From positions 5,518,001 through 5,582,000 of the forward strand of contig JAYWIR010000002.1 of assembly GCA_036172245.1 (NCBI GenBank): a stretch of 64,000 nucleotides of DNA. Direction: 5' to 3'. Each line of letters starts with the position of its first letter. Position 1 is the first letter of the stretch. The stretch is from Raillietiella orientalis (taxonomy: Eukaryota). This document shows, piece by piece, positions 41,550 through 53,467 of the stretch. The notes under the pieces are model-generated. The model was not told the origin of the DNA. It was given only the letters and a program-made list of their open reading frames with translations, and made no database searches. Position numbers and translations under genes: made by a program.

Positions 41550-43549
41550 GATTCGAAAACTTTTTGGCAACCAACAAAGTCTGCTACGACTATTGGCAAA
41601 ACGAACAACTTATGGAGATCATCAAGATGTATTCTCGATTGGGATGCATTCAAATTCCCATTTGCCAGCAGGTAATCATCACCAAAGTGATTGCGATTTA
41701 ATGAGATTTGTTAGAGAATAAAATCAGGTGGAATGAAATATCTGATCAAAGTTCGATTCCACCTCTACTCATCTCTCGTCACTCGCAACATTTGTTCCGT
41801 AGAAATCCTTTTTTATTAGCGTATCTTAGACAGGAACTTAACCATTTCTGGAGAATGTAAGGGCTTTAGAATATAGAATCCAAGCAGTACATGAAAATAT
41901 AACACCTTAGGTATCATAATGGAATAGTGTAGGGAAAGCAGACTGTTGTTAACCAAGGAATGAGTAGAGTCTAAGATAACAGATCCGGATCGTTAATCTA
42001 ACCCAACTTCCACTTTCCTCAGAGTCTGGTATAATGACCAGACTCCGGTTTTCTGTGAAAAAGGAACTGAATAAAACCAGATCGTATAAGAATCAGGCAT
42101 TCTAAAACCATGGCAACGGGTGGTCTCAATGAGAGCTTTCTCACGATCCAGAGCAAGCATTAAGGAAAATCTTTGTAGTTTCTTGTGACTGGACAAACAT
42201 CATATCACATGCTACAAGTAGGCATTCAATCAATAGGATTAGATGTTAGTAGGACGTTACTTAAGCAATGCATCATTTCATATAAAAATGAAGGTGCTCT
42301 TCGTCCATGCAAGAATTTATCACTTCATTGCTTTGGTGGCAAGCAGCTGCGGTTAATTAACAGAATCTACGCTGTCAAAGTCCTTAAGTTTTGAATCTCA
42401 AGAGCCATGTTATTTAAAACATCCAAAAATTTTCTTGGTAAATTTTTGGAACATGCGAGGTATAGAATTGCTTTGCTACCTAAGAATTAGGATAACTTAT
42501 TCATGCATTTATAAACAATCTAATGAGTCAAGTGTTTCTGTTAATGATGACATCGATTATTTTCTCTGATTATTTACTTGGCATCTGTGCTTAAGCAATG
42601 CGTATTTCTTAGTTTTGCAAGCTGCTTGCTCCAAAATTCTGTCTATGCTCTTGGGTGAACTATCCTGAGGAATACAAAAGGAACTCTCTTCGTTACCATT
42701 TATCTCACTCCTTAAATTTATTCAGTCGTATTAATAAGGAATAAATTAGGACATTCATTTAATAATCTAAAAGGTCCTATTTTTGAAGTAGATGACTATT
42801 ATCTCACTAGTTACTTAAACCGAAAGCATGTCTGAGGATTTTTGAGGATTTCTCATTTTCGTTCACTCCATTTGAGTCTCCGATTTTAGAAGATTCGACC
42901 TTATTATTGGTCTGTTAATTATGTAAATCCACCTTTAAATTTTCTTTGAGCGAGGCGTCAGAAGTTAGATATTAGATACCTTAGCATTAAAAGGTGAGTT
43001 ACTTGCATGGGCATCTAGGTTTCTCCTTTGAACTCCTGATACTCACCTAAATCTAAAAGCACTGAAGAACAATTCAGCATCAACTAATCCAATGAATAGA
43101 ACAGCACATTAGACATTTGATTTCACTGTGAAAGTATATTTGAAATTGACGCATTCTAAAATGAACTTTCAAAACTTTCCTTTTTGTATCAGCATACCAA
43201 TACTACTTGTCACGATATATCTTAATTTCTGAACTGCCTTGATGAGGATTTAATGTCGGTTTACATTTCTAGATATATTATTCGAATACACTTTTGGGGG
43301 ATATGTGGAATGATTGCATAAAGTGTCTTGTAGCACAGCTGTTATATAGAAGCTATGTAGCACTAATTTTTCATTTCCATATTAGAATGAAACCATGAAA
43401 TAAACAAAATCGATTCTTAATAACTCCATTCTTTCCTCATAGAGGAAAGAATATCTTTCCTCTTCTAACGGTATCTTCTCTGGCTCTTGATCCAAATCTT
43501 GCCATCCAAGGTCGATATCTTCATTATTTTTCGATAAATTTAGTATCAT
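41550..43549 (-). pseudogene. Heavily decayed coding-like tract; candidate endogenous viral element resembling the N-terminal third of a bunyavirus-type L protein
   Basis: Long minus-strand stretches interrupted by single stops or frameshifts, with no splice pattern: MILNLSK...MELLRIDFVYFMV (43549-43382), ...YTIWFYSVPFSQKTGVWSLYQTL...RSGSVILD..., ...TLIRYFIPP (~41740). Motif resemblance judged by eye only. Confidence 0.25.
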
Positions 43550-46078
43550 TGAGTAATGAGAAAGTTAAATGCACTCAATGTTTTTATGTATTCCACATTA
43601 CATCAGTGATAGAGCTACTCAAATGTACATACCGAATAGGTTATAAATGCTGCAGAAATTATAAGAGCTTCCCATACGTTAAATAATATATAGCGTTCTA
43701 ATATTTGGTATTCTTTTCACAAATTCACAATTTTTTTGAATATAATGACATATTCAATGGAATTCCGACAGTTCAAAGTATGAATTTTTGTTTATGAGAC
43801 TTCGCTCATGCATCCATCCCAAGACAATTTTTTGATACTACTCTTGTGTTTACTGTCACAATTTCAGTCTTGGGCTTACGTCGTGAAAAGACCCCAATAC
43901 CATTGAAACTGCGGCGTGGACTATTTTGACAATTTAGTATCAGTCTAAATAACGGGAAACTTCATTTTCATTCAAAATAATTTGCATCGAATTTCAGATT
44001 TCGTATAGTGATCAGCTTACACACGTCATCATGCAGTTAGATTCGAAAAGAAAAAAATCGCGCGTTGCCCTCAATGAAGCGCTCTTTACCATGAAAATGA
44101 TAAAAAAAAAGATGCAAACATTATGAAATTCCCGTTTTGAATGGACACGTTTTCTTTAGCTGTCTTAGTCTTTTTGATGTACACTGTCCAGTGCGATCGC
44201 TTCTGAGTTGCTTTTTTTTTCTTGCTGAAAAACGACATGCAGTGAGATGGGATTTGTATCCTGCATTCAAGAAATAGCATTGGAAGATTGCACGTATTTC
44301 TTCCCATTCCTATGATCCAATGTACTTCCTGTACCAACATAGTTCATACCACGGCAGCTTTATTTCGAAATATATGACTTGCGACTACGATGCGGGAAAA
44401 TACGCAAAGACTTTGAAATCATTTCATCGACAGAGATGCCACACGATTTCATTGGCGGTCTTCACATTTCAAATAGCATTATTAAGCAATATCTCGAGGG
44501 ATCATATTATTATAGATTGTAAGTGTACAATTAGTACTGAGTAGGTACTAGTAATCAGATTCCTCTTTTTCAAAAAACAAAAAAGAAATGCTCTCGCGTA
44601 ACTAGCATTGTAATAAGAAATGTGCCGGGATTAATATGGCACACCAAAGTTACATTAGATCCAGTATGGATGTGGCAAATGAAAAGTAATTAGCTCTGAT
44701 TTGTATCAGTTTTATGACGTATCGACAATTAAGCGTCAAAGATTCTAATCAGCGTTTCTCATCAAGCTACTTATTGCATGGATACTATGTTTATCATCAG
44801 TCATGTTAACATAACTTTTACTCTTTATGGGCCATAGAATGAGCTAGAAATCTCTAATGATATTTATGTTACATCTATAATATTTACTAATATGGCAGTG
44901 GAGTTCAGAATTCTATGAGATCCCATCTCAGGCTAAGAAATCTTGTGATGAAATAAATAAATGAATACATGATGATTAGGAATTCAAAATGCACATTGGC
45001 ATCACTTTGAATCAATTTAAGCACACCTGCTTTTAATGTTCATTTAGACATGTTGTCAAATGATTTCAGTGAAGACAAACCAGATATTGCATCGAATAAT
45101 CCCAACTCTGGAAGCCTTTCACAGACTTCGGGGAAAATCAATGCACACATTTTTTTATGTTCTACACTTTTGCTGCTCTTCAGTTTAGTTAGTTCTCCGG
45201 ATTTTATCCTTAACGAGGTCTCTGTGGGGTGATTAATTAACCAAGCAGAGTTCTGAAATGAAACATTCTGAAATGAACATTCTCAAGAGCATGCTTATGA
45301 GCTATCGTGGAGTATCTGAAAAGGGTCGTGTTTCCTTTATATTGAATTATTTCGTTTCAAGACCTTGAGTCTCTTGCTTTTGATATAGTTAGGCATTCTT
45401 GTTTTCGGTTTCATGAATCGAGAGTACCATGAACATGCTTTGCTATGTTAGATGCAGAGAGCTTTTCTTCTTTTGTCTCCGAGATTATCTCTTCGTTTTG
45501 AGTTGGTTATTATGAACTGAACTTTTACTGAATCAATTTCCAATGTCCCAAAGGACCCATGTACGTTTCCCTTGTCACTCACGCACCTGTTTGTTCGCCT
45601 GTATGGTAATGGTACCTTTCTATCCTGTGAAGTATCGCTGACATAGAATTAATTTGTAATGATGAAAATTGTTACTAAGAAAATTATTGTCACCCGAAAA
45701 GGATACATCAAATACATAAAAAACGACCATTAAATGGCAAGCAGTAAAAGGAAGTCGGAATCAGAGCATGCAAAGAAACGTGTTACCAGATACTCAGTAA
45801 ACGTCTATATGAATCGCAAATGAACAGAAAATTGTTTTCCTTTTCTAGATTGCATGAACCAATGTTGTCCAGCCCATTGCATAAACGTGGGAATCACCCA
45901 ACGATTACATTTACCGTTTGGGAAAAAAAAAATTAAAAAAATTCGAATTTGATACTCGTGGGTGTGTGTTATATCAACCTGTTTCAATCCTCGTGCTACC
46001 GTATGTTGCGTGTTACTTCCCAGAGACGATTCTCTTAAAAATAGTTTACAAACACTTGAACACCAACACTCACGGATG

Positions 46079-46104
46079 TTCCCGTGAACGGCGGTTCACG
46101 GGAA
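46079..46104. repeat. Perfect 11-bp hairpin about 105 nt upstream of the MRPL57 start
   Basis: TTCCCGTGAAC-GGCG-GTTCACGGGAA. Confidence 0.85.
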
Positions 46105-46194
46105 GCGGCTGCTGGGTGGTTGTGCTGTGGTTCCGCCACATGGGGTGTTTGTGAAACGAAGAAGCTACCCTGTTAATGACAAGCGCTTGGCAGC

Positions 46195-46202
46195 TTTTCC
46201 AG
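46195..46202 (+). promoter_or_regulatory. 3' splice acceptor just upstream of the MRPL57 ATG (candidate SL trans-splice site)
   Basis: TTTTCCAG ends 7 nt before ATG 46210. Confidence 0.5.
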
Positions 46203-46209
46203 ATTTTCA

Positions 46210-49200
46210 ATGAAATTAACGACCATTCTATTGCATTTACGTCGGCAGATCATCCCAGGGCATAGATTAAGAGGGTAACTTGAAATCTTTTACATGCACG
46301 TTGCTTTTAATTCTTTACTTTCCGTCGTTTATTTGTGCCGTGACAAGAAAATGTGCATATTTTGAGCGTGTTTCTAATTCAGTTAAGCACAAAGCAAATG
46401 AAAGAAAGGGTTTCCCGTATCCATACCCGGTTGATGTTGCAGCATAAGCGTGATTCAATATGCAATACGGTTGTTGTTTCAAGAAAATTTAGATTTCGGT
46501 TTGCATTCTGTCATTAAGGAAACTGGAGTCAAAATGAGCATCATGACCTAGTTTGCCCTAATGTCAATCAGTAATGTCAGCAGTAATACTGCCAGTCATC
46601 TTTTGATTATTTGCAGTCCCCGATATGCCAATTCGCATATTCCTTGTGAATAGAATCAGCGTGGTCCTTAAGTACAATGGCCCGCTGATAAGTCCAATCT
46701 TTCATCTGTATTGCAAACCAATCCTAATATAAGTATTTTGTCTGTAAGTTGCAATCTATTTTGACACATTTTTGCATGTAATTGATTATAATATGCCTCA
46801 GCCATTCACCATTATGGCATTTCTGTAAAGGGAGTCTTGTATTTATTTGTTGATTATGCATCATGGAGTGCTTTGTTTGTTCTTTCCAGGAAACATAGAA
46901 AACGACATGATCCTCCTCCTCAAGAAATGGCCAGATTGAGAAATGAATTTGAGATTCAGGAAACGAGCATGTTCTATCTCAGAAAACCTTATTTTTCACA
47001 GGTAACTGTTGCTTTGTTTCCAGAAGGGAATTCAAACCGTTGTGCTATACAAGGGATGTGTATGTATGCAAGGGAGCTGCAACTGTCACATATACATGCA
47101 TTCAAAATTCATGTAGTCTAGTCAGTAGCATCAGATGTGTTTTTCTGATTTGAATTTTGACTAAGCAAGTGATCCTAGTAGTTTGTCTTCTCAATAAAAT
47201 TGAAAAAACTTTTATGTAAGGGAACATTAGAAGTTTTTAGTTTTCTTAATAAATGAAATTGCTCTCCCATCATGTTTGTCATGGCTGCCACAAGTGTTTT
47301 TACCATAGCTTCAGAATAGGCTAATAGGGAGAAAATATGAGTGAGCTCTAAATGTAAATAAGGGAACGCAAAAATAACAACAAATTCAACAATAAGCTCA
47401 AATTTTTGTACTAAAAGATACATTCATCACAATAATTCTAAAAGCCTTGCAGCTTATGTGACAATGTGACAATGACGGAATTAATATTACACATTTTGTG
47501 ATGTAATTTTAGACTGTAAAATGAGTCCTCTGCTGTCAGTTTATTCAAATTCTTGAGATAGCTTGCCTAACTTATATGCATAGTGGTTGGACTGCAAGTG
47601 GCATTTAATTTGCTTTCCTATGCAAAGCTTTTATTCTACTTTTAATTTTAAAAATGTGGAAGGCGAGTTCAAGCATATAATAGTTTATTCAGCAGTTTAA
47701 AGTTCATGACTGATTTTGAAGTAATGAGAAGGAATAGTGATGAAGATATTCTCCTGCTTCTGTTTTCGGAGTTTGGAAGGAGGATAAGCAAGAGAGGGAG
47801 AGAGAAAGAGAAAAAATTATTTGTTTATGGTACACAAATGCAGTTTGTTTAAGATTTATTCAGGGTACTTAAATGACAAAAAAGTTGAAGAAATTTAGCA
47901 TCCAAGCATTTCAGATGTGGAATAAGTAAAAAGTCCATATGATGCTCATTAATTCGAGGATTTCTAAGGCTTTTTAATGATTTTATGAAGGGCAAATATT
48001 TTGGTATTTCCCTTAAAACAACAGAGACATCACTTATATGCAGAAACCCAATGCGCCTCAAGAAATGATCAGACCAGTAATTAATTTCAACCTGTTTTTA
48101 GGAATTAAATTGAAAGTTTGCATCACTTTGCATTAAAAAAGAAAAACAAACCCATATCGGAAATCTAATGAAAAGACCCATAAGAATTCCATTTCCATGA
48201 AATGCAATGGATCTGAAACATGAGAATACGAGGAGAATGAAGACTGATTTATCAGAAAGTAGGACAAGGAGGCTACGATTATGGTAGTGGATTGCTGTAA
48301 AGAACCCCTATGTATGATTTAAGTCAGCAAGCAAGACTGACTTGACTTCAGGGGTTTCAACAGCAAAACAGATTGCTGCACCACTGTGACCCCAAGGGCA
48401 GGGATCAAAGTTTCCTTACCTACTACAACATTCTGATCTCGCAATTCACAATTCTCTTACATATGTGTGCAGCATCCGTTATTTCATAACGGGATACTGT
48501 TGATGTTTGACCAGTACATGGAAACTTGGATCTACGAGATGAAGTGTGGACTTTAGTGAAGGATTGAGAGAAGAAAGCTTTCATTTCAAGATACAGATTC
48601 GAACTTTACCAAGAAATGTTTACTGAGAAAGGAACCGTGTTCCTATTTATGGGACTGGTCATTCAATATTTGTTTTTATTAGAAAGGAATCTATTAACGG
48701 TTTGGATTTAAAGTAAACAGTTGATGATATGAAGTTGGTGCAGATGAAGATCATGGCTTAAAGAATGGAAAACGGAAAACTTTGAAGAAAGACATCTGTT
48801 TTGAATTTGAGCAAGTCCGTAACAAGAATTCTTATTGTCTGCCCCTTTGTCTGGTAAATCAACTTCAGTGCGTTGTTAACAAGATTTTATTGATAATAGC
48901 CCTGGTCCATCGCCCTGCTTTTGAAATTAAATTTATAGGGTGGCATATTGCAAGTTGCTACGAAGTGAATATTTTACAAAAAATTGGGAACTTCTCAAGT
49001 GGTCCCACGGTCACAGATACAAAATTTTGATTTTTATGCCAAACCGAACTGTAAATGGGTGCATCAATATGATTTTTATATAAAAGCCGAGTGCATCATG
49101 AAAGCCTGCAAATTCAAGATTTATATTGATTGGATTGTAGGCACTCCCCAAAACTTCTTCTGCACGTCATTGTGAAAATTACAGGACATTGCAAGCAATC

Positions 49201-51454
49201 ACAAGGAAAGTTTCAAGTTTGGGTTGACACTGTCGTTTCAGTAATGCTTAGATGCACGAAACACTGTTTGCCTGGAGGCTGTCAATAGCTAAATGATCTG
49301 ATGGTGTTGAATCCCGGTGCTCAACTTTTCATCCTGTTTGTTGGATTTAACCACAGTTCATTTCCACAGAGAAATTTACCATTTCAAGGAACGGAACCTT
49401 GATTCGGAAATGTGTTCTTGTGCTGATAAGTTCGGCTACACGAGGTGTCCTTAAGCGAGTGTGCTTCGTGGATCCATAATCCAAAGACGGTTTGTCATCG
49501 TGGGTATTCACGGTGTGTTTCCAGTTTGTGGTCGCCTTATGGATTGCATCCTATTGAAATGGGGGGGGGGGGGGTTGGCATGTTAGTTATTGCTGCTTGT
49601 GATTGTTTTATGCAGTCGATGGTTTCTCTGAGCTTCTAGTAGTTCCTCAGATTTTAAGATCGTTGGATCAGAATGGCTGTTTCCTATTACTGATGAGGGT
49701 GATCTCGTTAGCACAAGCACTGAAGACCGATATGATCCAAGTGCACTGCAGGCGCCGTGTTCTGTTGCTGCGCGTATCACGTAAACACTTTGGCATCGTC
49801 CATATCGGTTATTTTAACGGTGTGGAAACATAAACGCTGCTGGTGTCCAGCGGGTGTCAAATACCAGCGAACTGGTTTTGTTTTGTGTCAGCATCTGCAT
49901 TTTTTTGGTCCAGCTTTTATGAGCACTTCAGCTGGAAAGACCGGGTGGAATTCTCCTTCCCGTCTGCAAATGGTGGTTGCTGTTCGTATCTGCCAACGGT
50001 GTTTTCGAGATCTCCCAGTTCACGCCTGCCTGAGAAAACACGGTGCACGTGAAACATTTCATCGTCCCAGGTCTGGATTTGGGTAAATTGCACGCAAAGG
50101 CCGGGAATTTTGCGTGAGGAAAGCACGTGCGAGCGATCCCGAGCGAATTATTCGTTTAAGGAATCGGATGCAGTGGACGACGACTCTCCTCAGAGCGATG
50201 CTTCCGTTAGAGCGTTTGCACCAGCGCTAAGATGTTTTTTTTTTTTCTCTCTTTTTTTTTTTTTCGAAGCATCGTAAAGAGTGGACGTGTGTGTAAAAGT
50301 GGAGGACACGATTCCGTCGGTTTGTCGCACTTGAGTGTCGGTTCACGACTTGGTTTATTGAGTGATTGATGTTGGCATAAATTTTGCGTGTCACGCCGGA
50401 TACGCCACTATTCAAGTCGGCTGGGGGCCGTGCTCTCGGTAACACAATTCTCCAAATAGCCATCGTAATTTTCGAAAAATAACTGAACTATTGGAAACCA
50501 TTCGATTTCAGAGCCCCGCCCTCGGTTCACAAGCCAGCAGGTATGACTGTCTGAATTATGACAATCGAGGTACTTTCGTCAGAGCTGTCAGAATTGGGCA
50601 CTGACTACTGCGGAGGTTTCAGGAACTTCTGTGCTTACATTGGTGTTCGCAGCCGATGTTCCATTAGAATGAGTAATGGCATTTATTAGATCCGACCGCC
50701 ACCGTGACTCCAGACCGTGGACCTTTTGAAACAAGCATTCATAACTTCCTCAAGATGGCTATGCGGAAGTACACGGAAATGACGAATGGTCACTTCCGTT
50801 AAGTAACTTTGTGTTATTATTATTGTTTTTTTCCTCAAATTACGTGATGGTACACGTTAGCCTGTTCGTTTTTTTACGTTTCCCTGTTGATGGAAACCTC
50901 GTGGGTCGTGCTTCGCGTGGGCAGCCGCAGGAGACGAACGCAGGGCATTGCAAAGAGCTCCGACTAATGAATTGCCACGTGAATGTGGATCATGTGCCAC
51001 ACTAGACCTCTAAATTCAGAGGCAGCCTGATTGCACTGATCTCCTTTACGAGGCAGTGATGCAATAGGGATCGCGCAACCAGTCCAAGAACGCAGCCGAA
51101 TGCGTAGGGTGAACTTTATAGCTGGCGTCCACGAAGACTTCTAGAAAACTGACTTAAAGAATGTGACACGAGTGGAATGACGACTGTTGACGTGAGAGCA
51201 GTAAAAATGCGTTTTCCATCGGGTAGCGTGGCTTTTTGACTTGAAACTACGGGCAAGCAAGCAATTTCCAATGAAATAATCCTTTATTCCTACAGGAGCA
51301 AGACAACTTATACCAAAAACTTTTTGCCGTCGATGACGCAAGAACCCAAGATAAAGAGATTCGTTCAAAGATAGATGGATGGGTCAGGGATCATCCTCAT
51401 CGTGCAATGGAAGATATGTTCCTCCATCTACGTGTTTCTGAGAAATGGGAGTGA
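46210..51454 (+). CDS. MRPL57: Mitochondrial ribosomal protein mL63 (MRP63/MRPL57), 3 coding exons, ~111 aa
   Basis: Exons 46210-46274, 46890-47001, 51296-51454 (336 nt, GT-AG, frame-consistent) give MKLTTILLHLRRQIIPGHRLRGKHRKRHDPPPQEMARLRNEFEIQETSMFYLRKPYFSQEQDNLY...HPHRAMEDMFLHLRVSEKWE, matching the MRP63 pattern IPG..GKHR...EIE.EN...L..PY...EQE...PHR...L.HL.V.KKW. Only exon 2 appears in the ORF track. Confidence 0.88.
51283..51288 (-). terminator. Candidate AATAAA polyadenylation signal for AIFM3, within the MRPL57 intron-2 acceptor tract
   Basis: First minus-strand AATAAA (TTTATT on +) downstream of the AIFM3 stop. Confidence 0.5.
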
Positions 51455-51485
51455 TAGGTACTGTTGATAAGAAGTGTTGTTGCAT

Positions 51486-53467
51486 TCAAAAACAGATGTT
51501 GTTGAACAGTGGAAGCCATCCGGCTGATCCGCAAAACACATCCTTTTGGTTGAGTGCATGTCCATGCTTAAGCATTTCAGCAAATTGGGAGGCAACAGGG
51601 TCAGCATTCATTGTAGCCACTGCCACCACTTTTTTGTTTTGAATATAATAAACTTCAAAGCAGAGATCTTCCAAGCTTCCCCACACAACTGTGCTTTCCC
51701 ACCAACGAGCATATCCTGGATCCAACATGACTACTCTTTCCCATTGGCTGTGCACTGAACTCACCTACATAACGAAGTGATTTGCCAAACAGCATGGACC
51801 AGAAAAACGGTACACTGCGAATAGGGCATTTCTTTCCTAGCACATTAAGTGCAGCAGTCTTCCCGTGAGCTTGCGCCATTTGCCAGTGGCCAGTGGTCAT
51901 TTTGCCATCCACTCCCTCAAATGGAAATGCTGTGTTGTCTCCTGCTGTGAATACATTTGGGATGCTGGTCTGTAAGAACTAGAGCACAGTCTTTGAAACA
52001 CAGAGAAAACATGGTGATTTGTTTACCTCATTGGCTTCCACAAACCCCTGATCATTAATGCAGATGCCTGAACCTTTCAAGAAACTTGTGCAGGGTTCAA
52101 CACCAATCCCTATTACACATAAATCTGTAGGCAGTTGCTCTCCTGTGCTTAACTCTATGGAGGACACATGGCCATTCTTTCCCAACAGCTTTAAAGGACA
52201 TGCTTCCATCTTGAACTGCACGCCTCTTTCTTGGAAGAGTGAGAGAAGCCGGCTGCCAATGTCAGCCCCCAGCACAGATTCAAAAGGGACACTGCTGGTG
52301 CCCACCACCACAATGGATGCTGCTTTGTCCACTAAGCAACAAGCTACCTCCATACCTTAAAAGAACAGTTGGTCTGTACATGCTGAGTATTCTCACTCAC
52401 CGATAAACGAAGTGCCAATGATAACAATGTGTTTGCCAGCAGACTGACTGCTGATGGCATGAGCATCTTCAGGGCAGCGTAGATAATAAATGTTGGCCAA
52501 ACCTTCATTGTCAATCGGTAGTTTCTTTGGCCTAGAAGTTTTTAGACAGATAAAAACACTTCCGCATTTTACTTTGCTCCTGTAGCCATCACTAGTTTGC
52601 TGTAATTCACAGTCTCTCCTGTGTGTAGCTTGATGGTCTGTTTGTTTGTGTCCACTGTTGTGGCCTCCTTGTCCAGCATCACTTCAATGTCTCCATCCTA
52701 TTTGGTACACTAAACAATGCCCCAGCATAAGATGCAGTAATACCTCGTAGTATTGGGATGAACGGAGGGCTAATTTATAAGGGGGAAGATGCATTTCCTT
52801 GCTTAACTTTGTGCGGTCGTAAGGCAAGTGTTTCTCTTTCGTGATGAGTATTAGTTTCCCAGTGAACCCTTCCTGGCGAAGGGTTTCCACACAGGTTTCC
52901 CCTGCAGCTCCTGAGCAAGAATCAGTGATGTCACAAATTACTGAAAGCAGATACCTCCTCCTAATACCACTACTACGTCTTCATTGCCTCTGTCCCTGCA
53001 TGAAAGAGGTTTTACTCTCTTATGGAACTTCAGGTGCTGCAGATTTGTTGTCATTATTACCTGCCCATTCCTAACAAACACATTGTAATGGGCTAAGGAG
53101 TCTAGGCCGGGAAAGTCTTCAATGTCACCTGTGGGACACTTGATTTCAGGAGTACTTTTGGATGTACAGACCTGTCTCAATATCAAACACTGCTCCATGC
53201 CATGGACATCGTAATTTCTTGTCACAGAGAACGCCTTTGTGGAGTGGGGCGTTATAATGGGTGCAATTGGCACCCACTGCATGGAATGTTCCTTTTTGTT
53301 TGATAAGCAAGACTCTACCTTCACCAACATGAAACTCTTTCATTCTAGTAACAAGGTGTGGATGCACTGAAAGATCACATTTCTTACTCGTTATCCTTTA
53401 AGTCATTCTCTTGGCAGAGGACTACATCCATGGAATTCGCTTCGGAGTTGGCAGATTTGGGCATCAT
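51486..53467 (-). CDS. AIFM3: Apoptosis-inducing factor 3-like: Rieske [2Fe-2S] domain plus FAD/NAD(P)H-dependent oxidoreductase, 9 coding exons, ~540 aa
   Basis: Exons 53467-53388, 53344-53172, 53128-52955, 52910-52744, 52697-52573, 52531-52401, 52355-52027, 51978-51765, 51715-51486, all GT-AG with 41-49 nt introns and frame-consistent (1623 nt). Rieske ligands CTHYNAPL and CPWHG; FAD motif VVVLGGGAAG; PYDRTKLSK; LVMATG; NAD motif IGTSFIGME; TSIPNVFTAGD; HWQMA; VPFFWS. Confidence 0.93.
51647..51652 (+). terminator. Candidate AATAAA polyadenylation signal for MRPL57, within the last AIFM3 coding exon
   Basis: First plus-strand AATAAA downstream of the MRPL57 stop. Confidence 0.5.

Noticed and set aside
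41726..41764. GTTCGATTCCACC resembling a tRNA T-arm
   Set aside because: No cloverleaf; it is one arm of a 9-bp inverted repeat.
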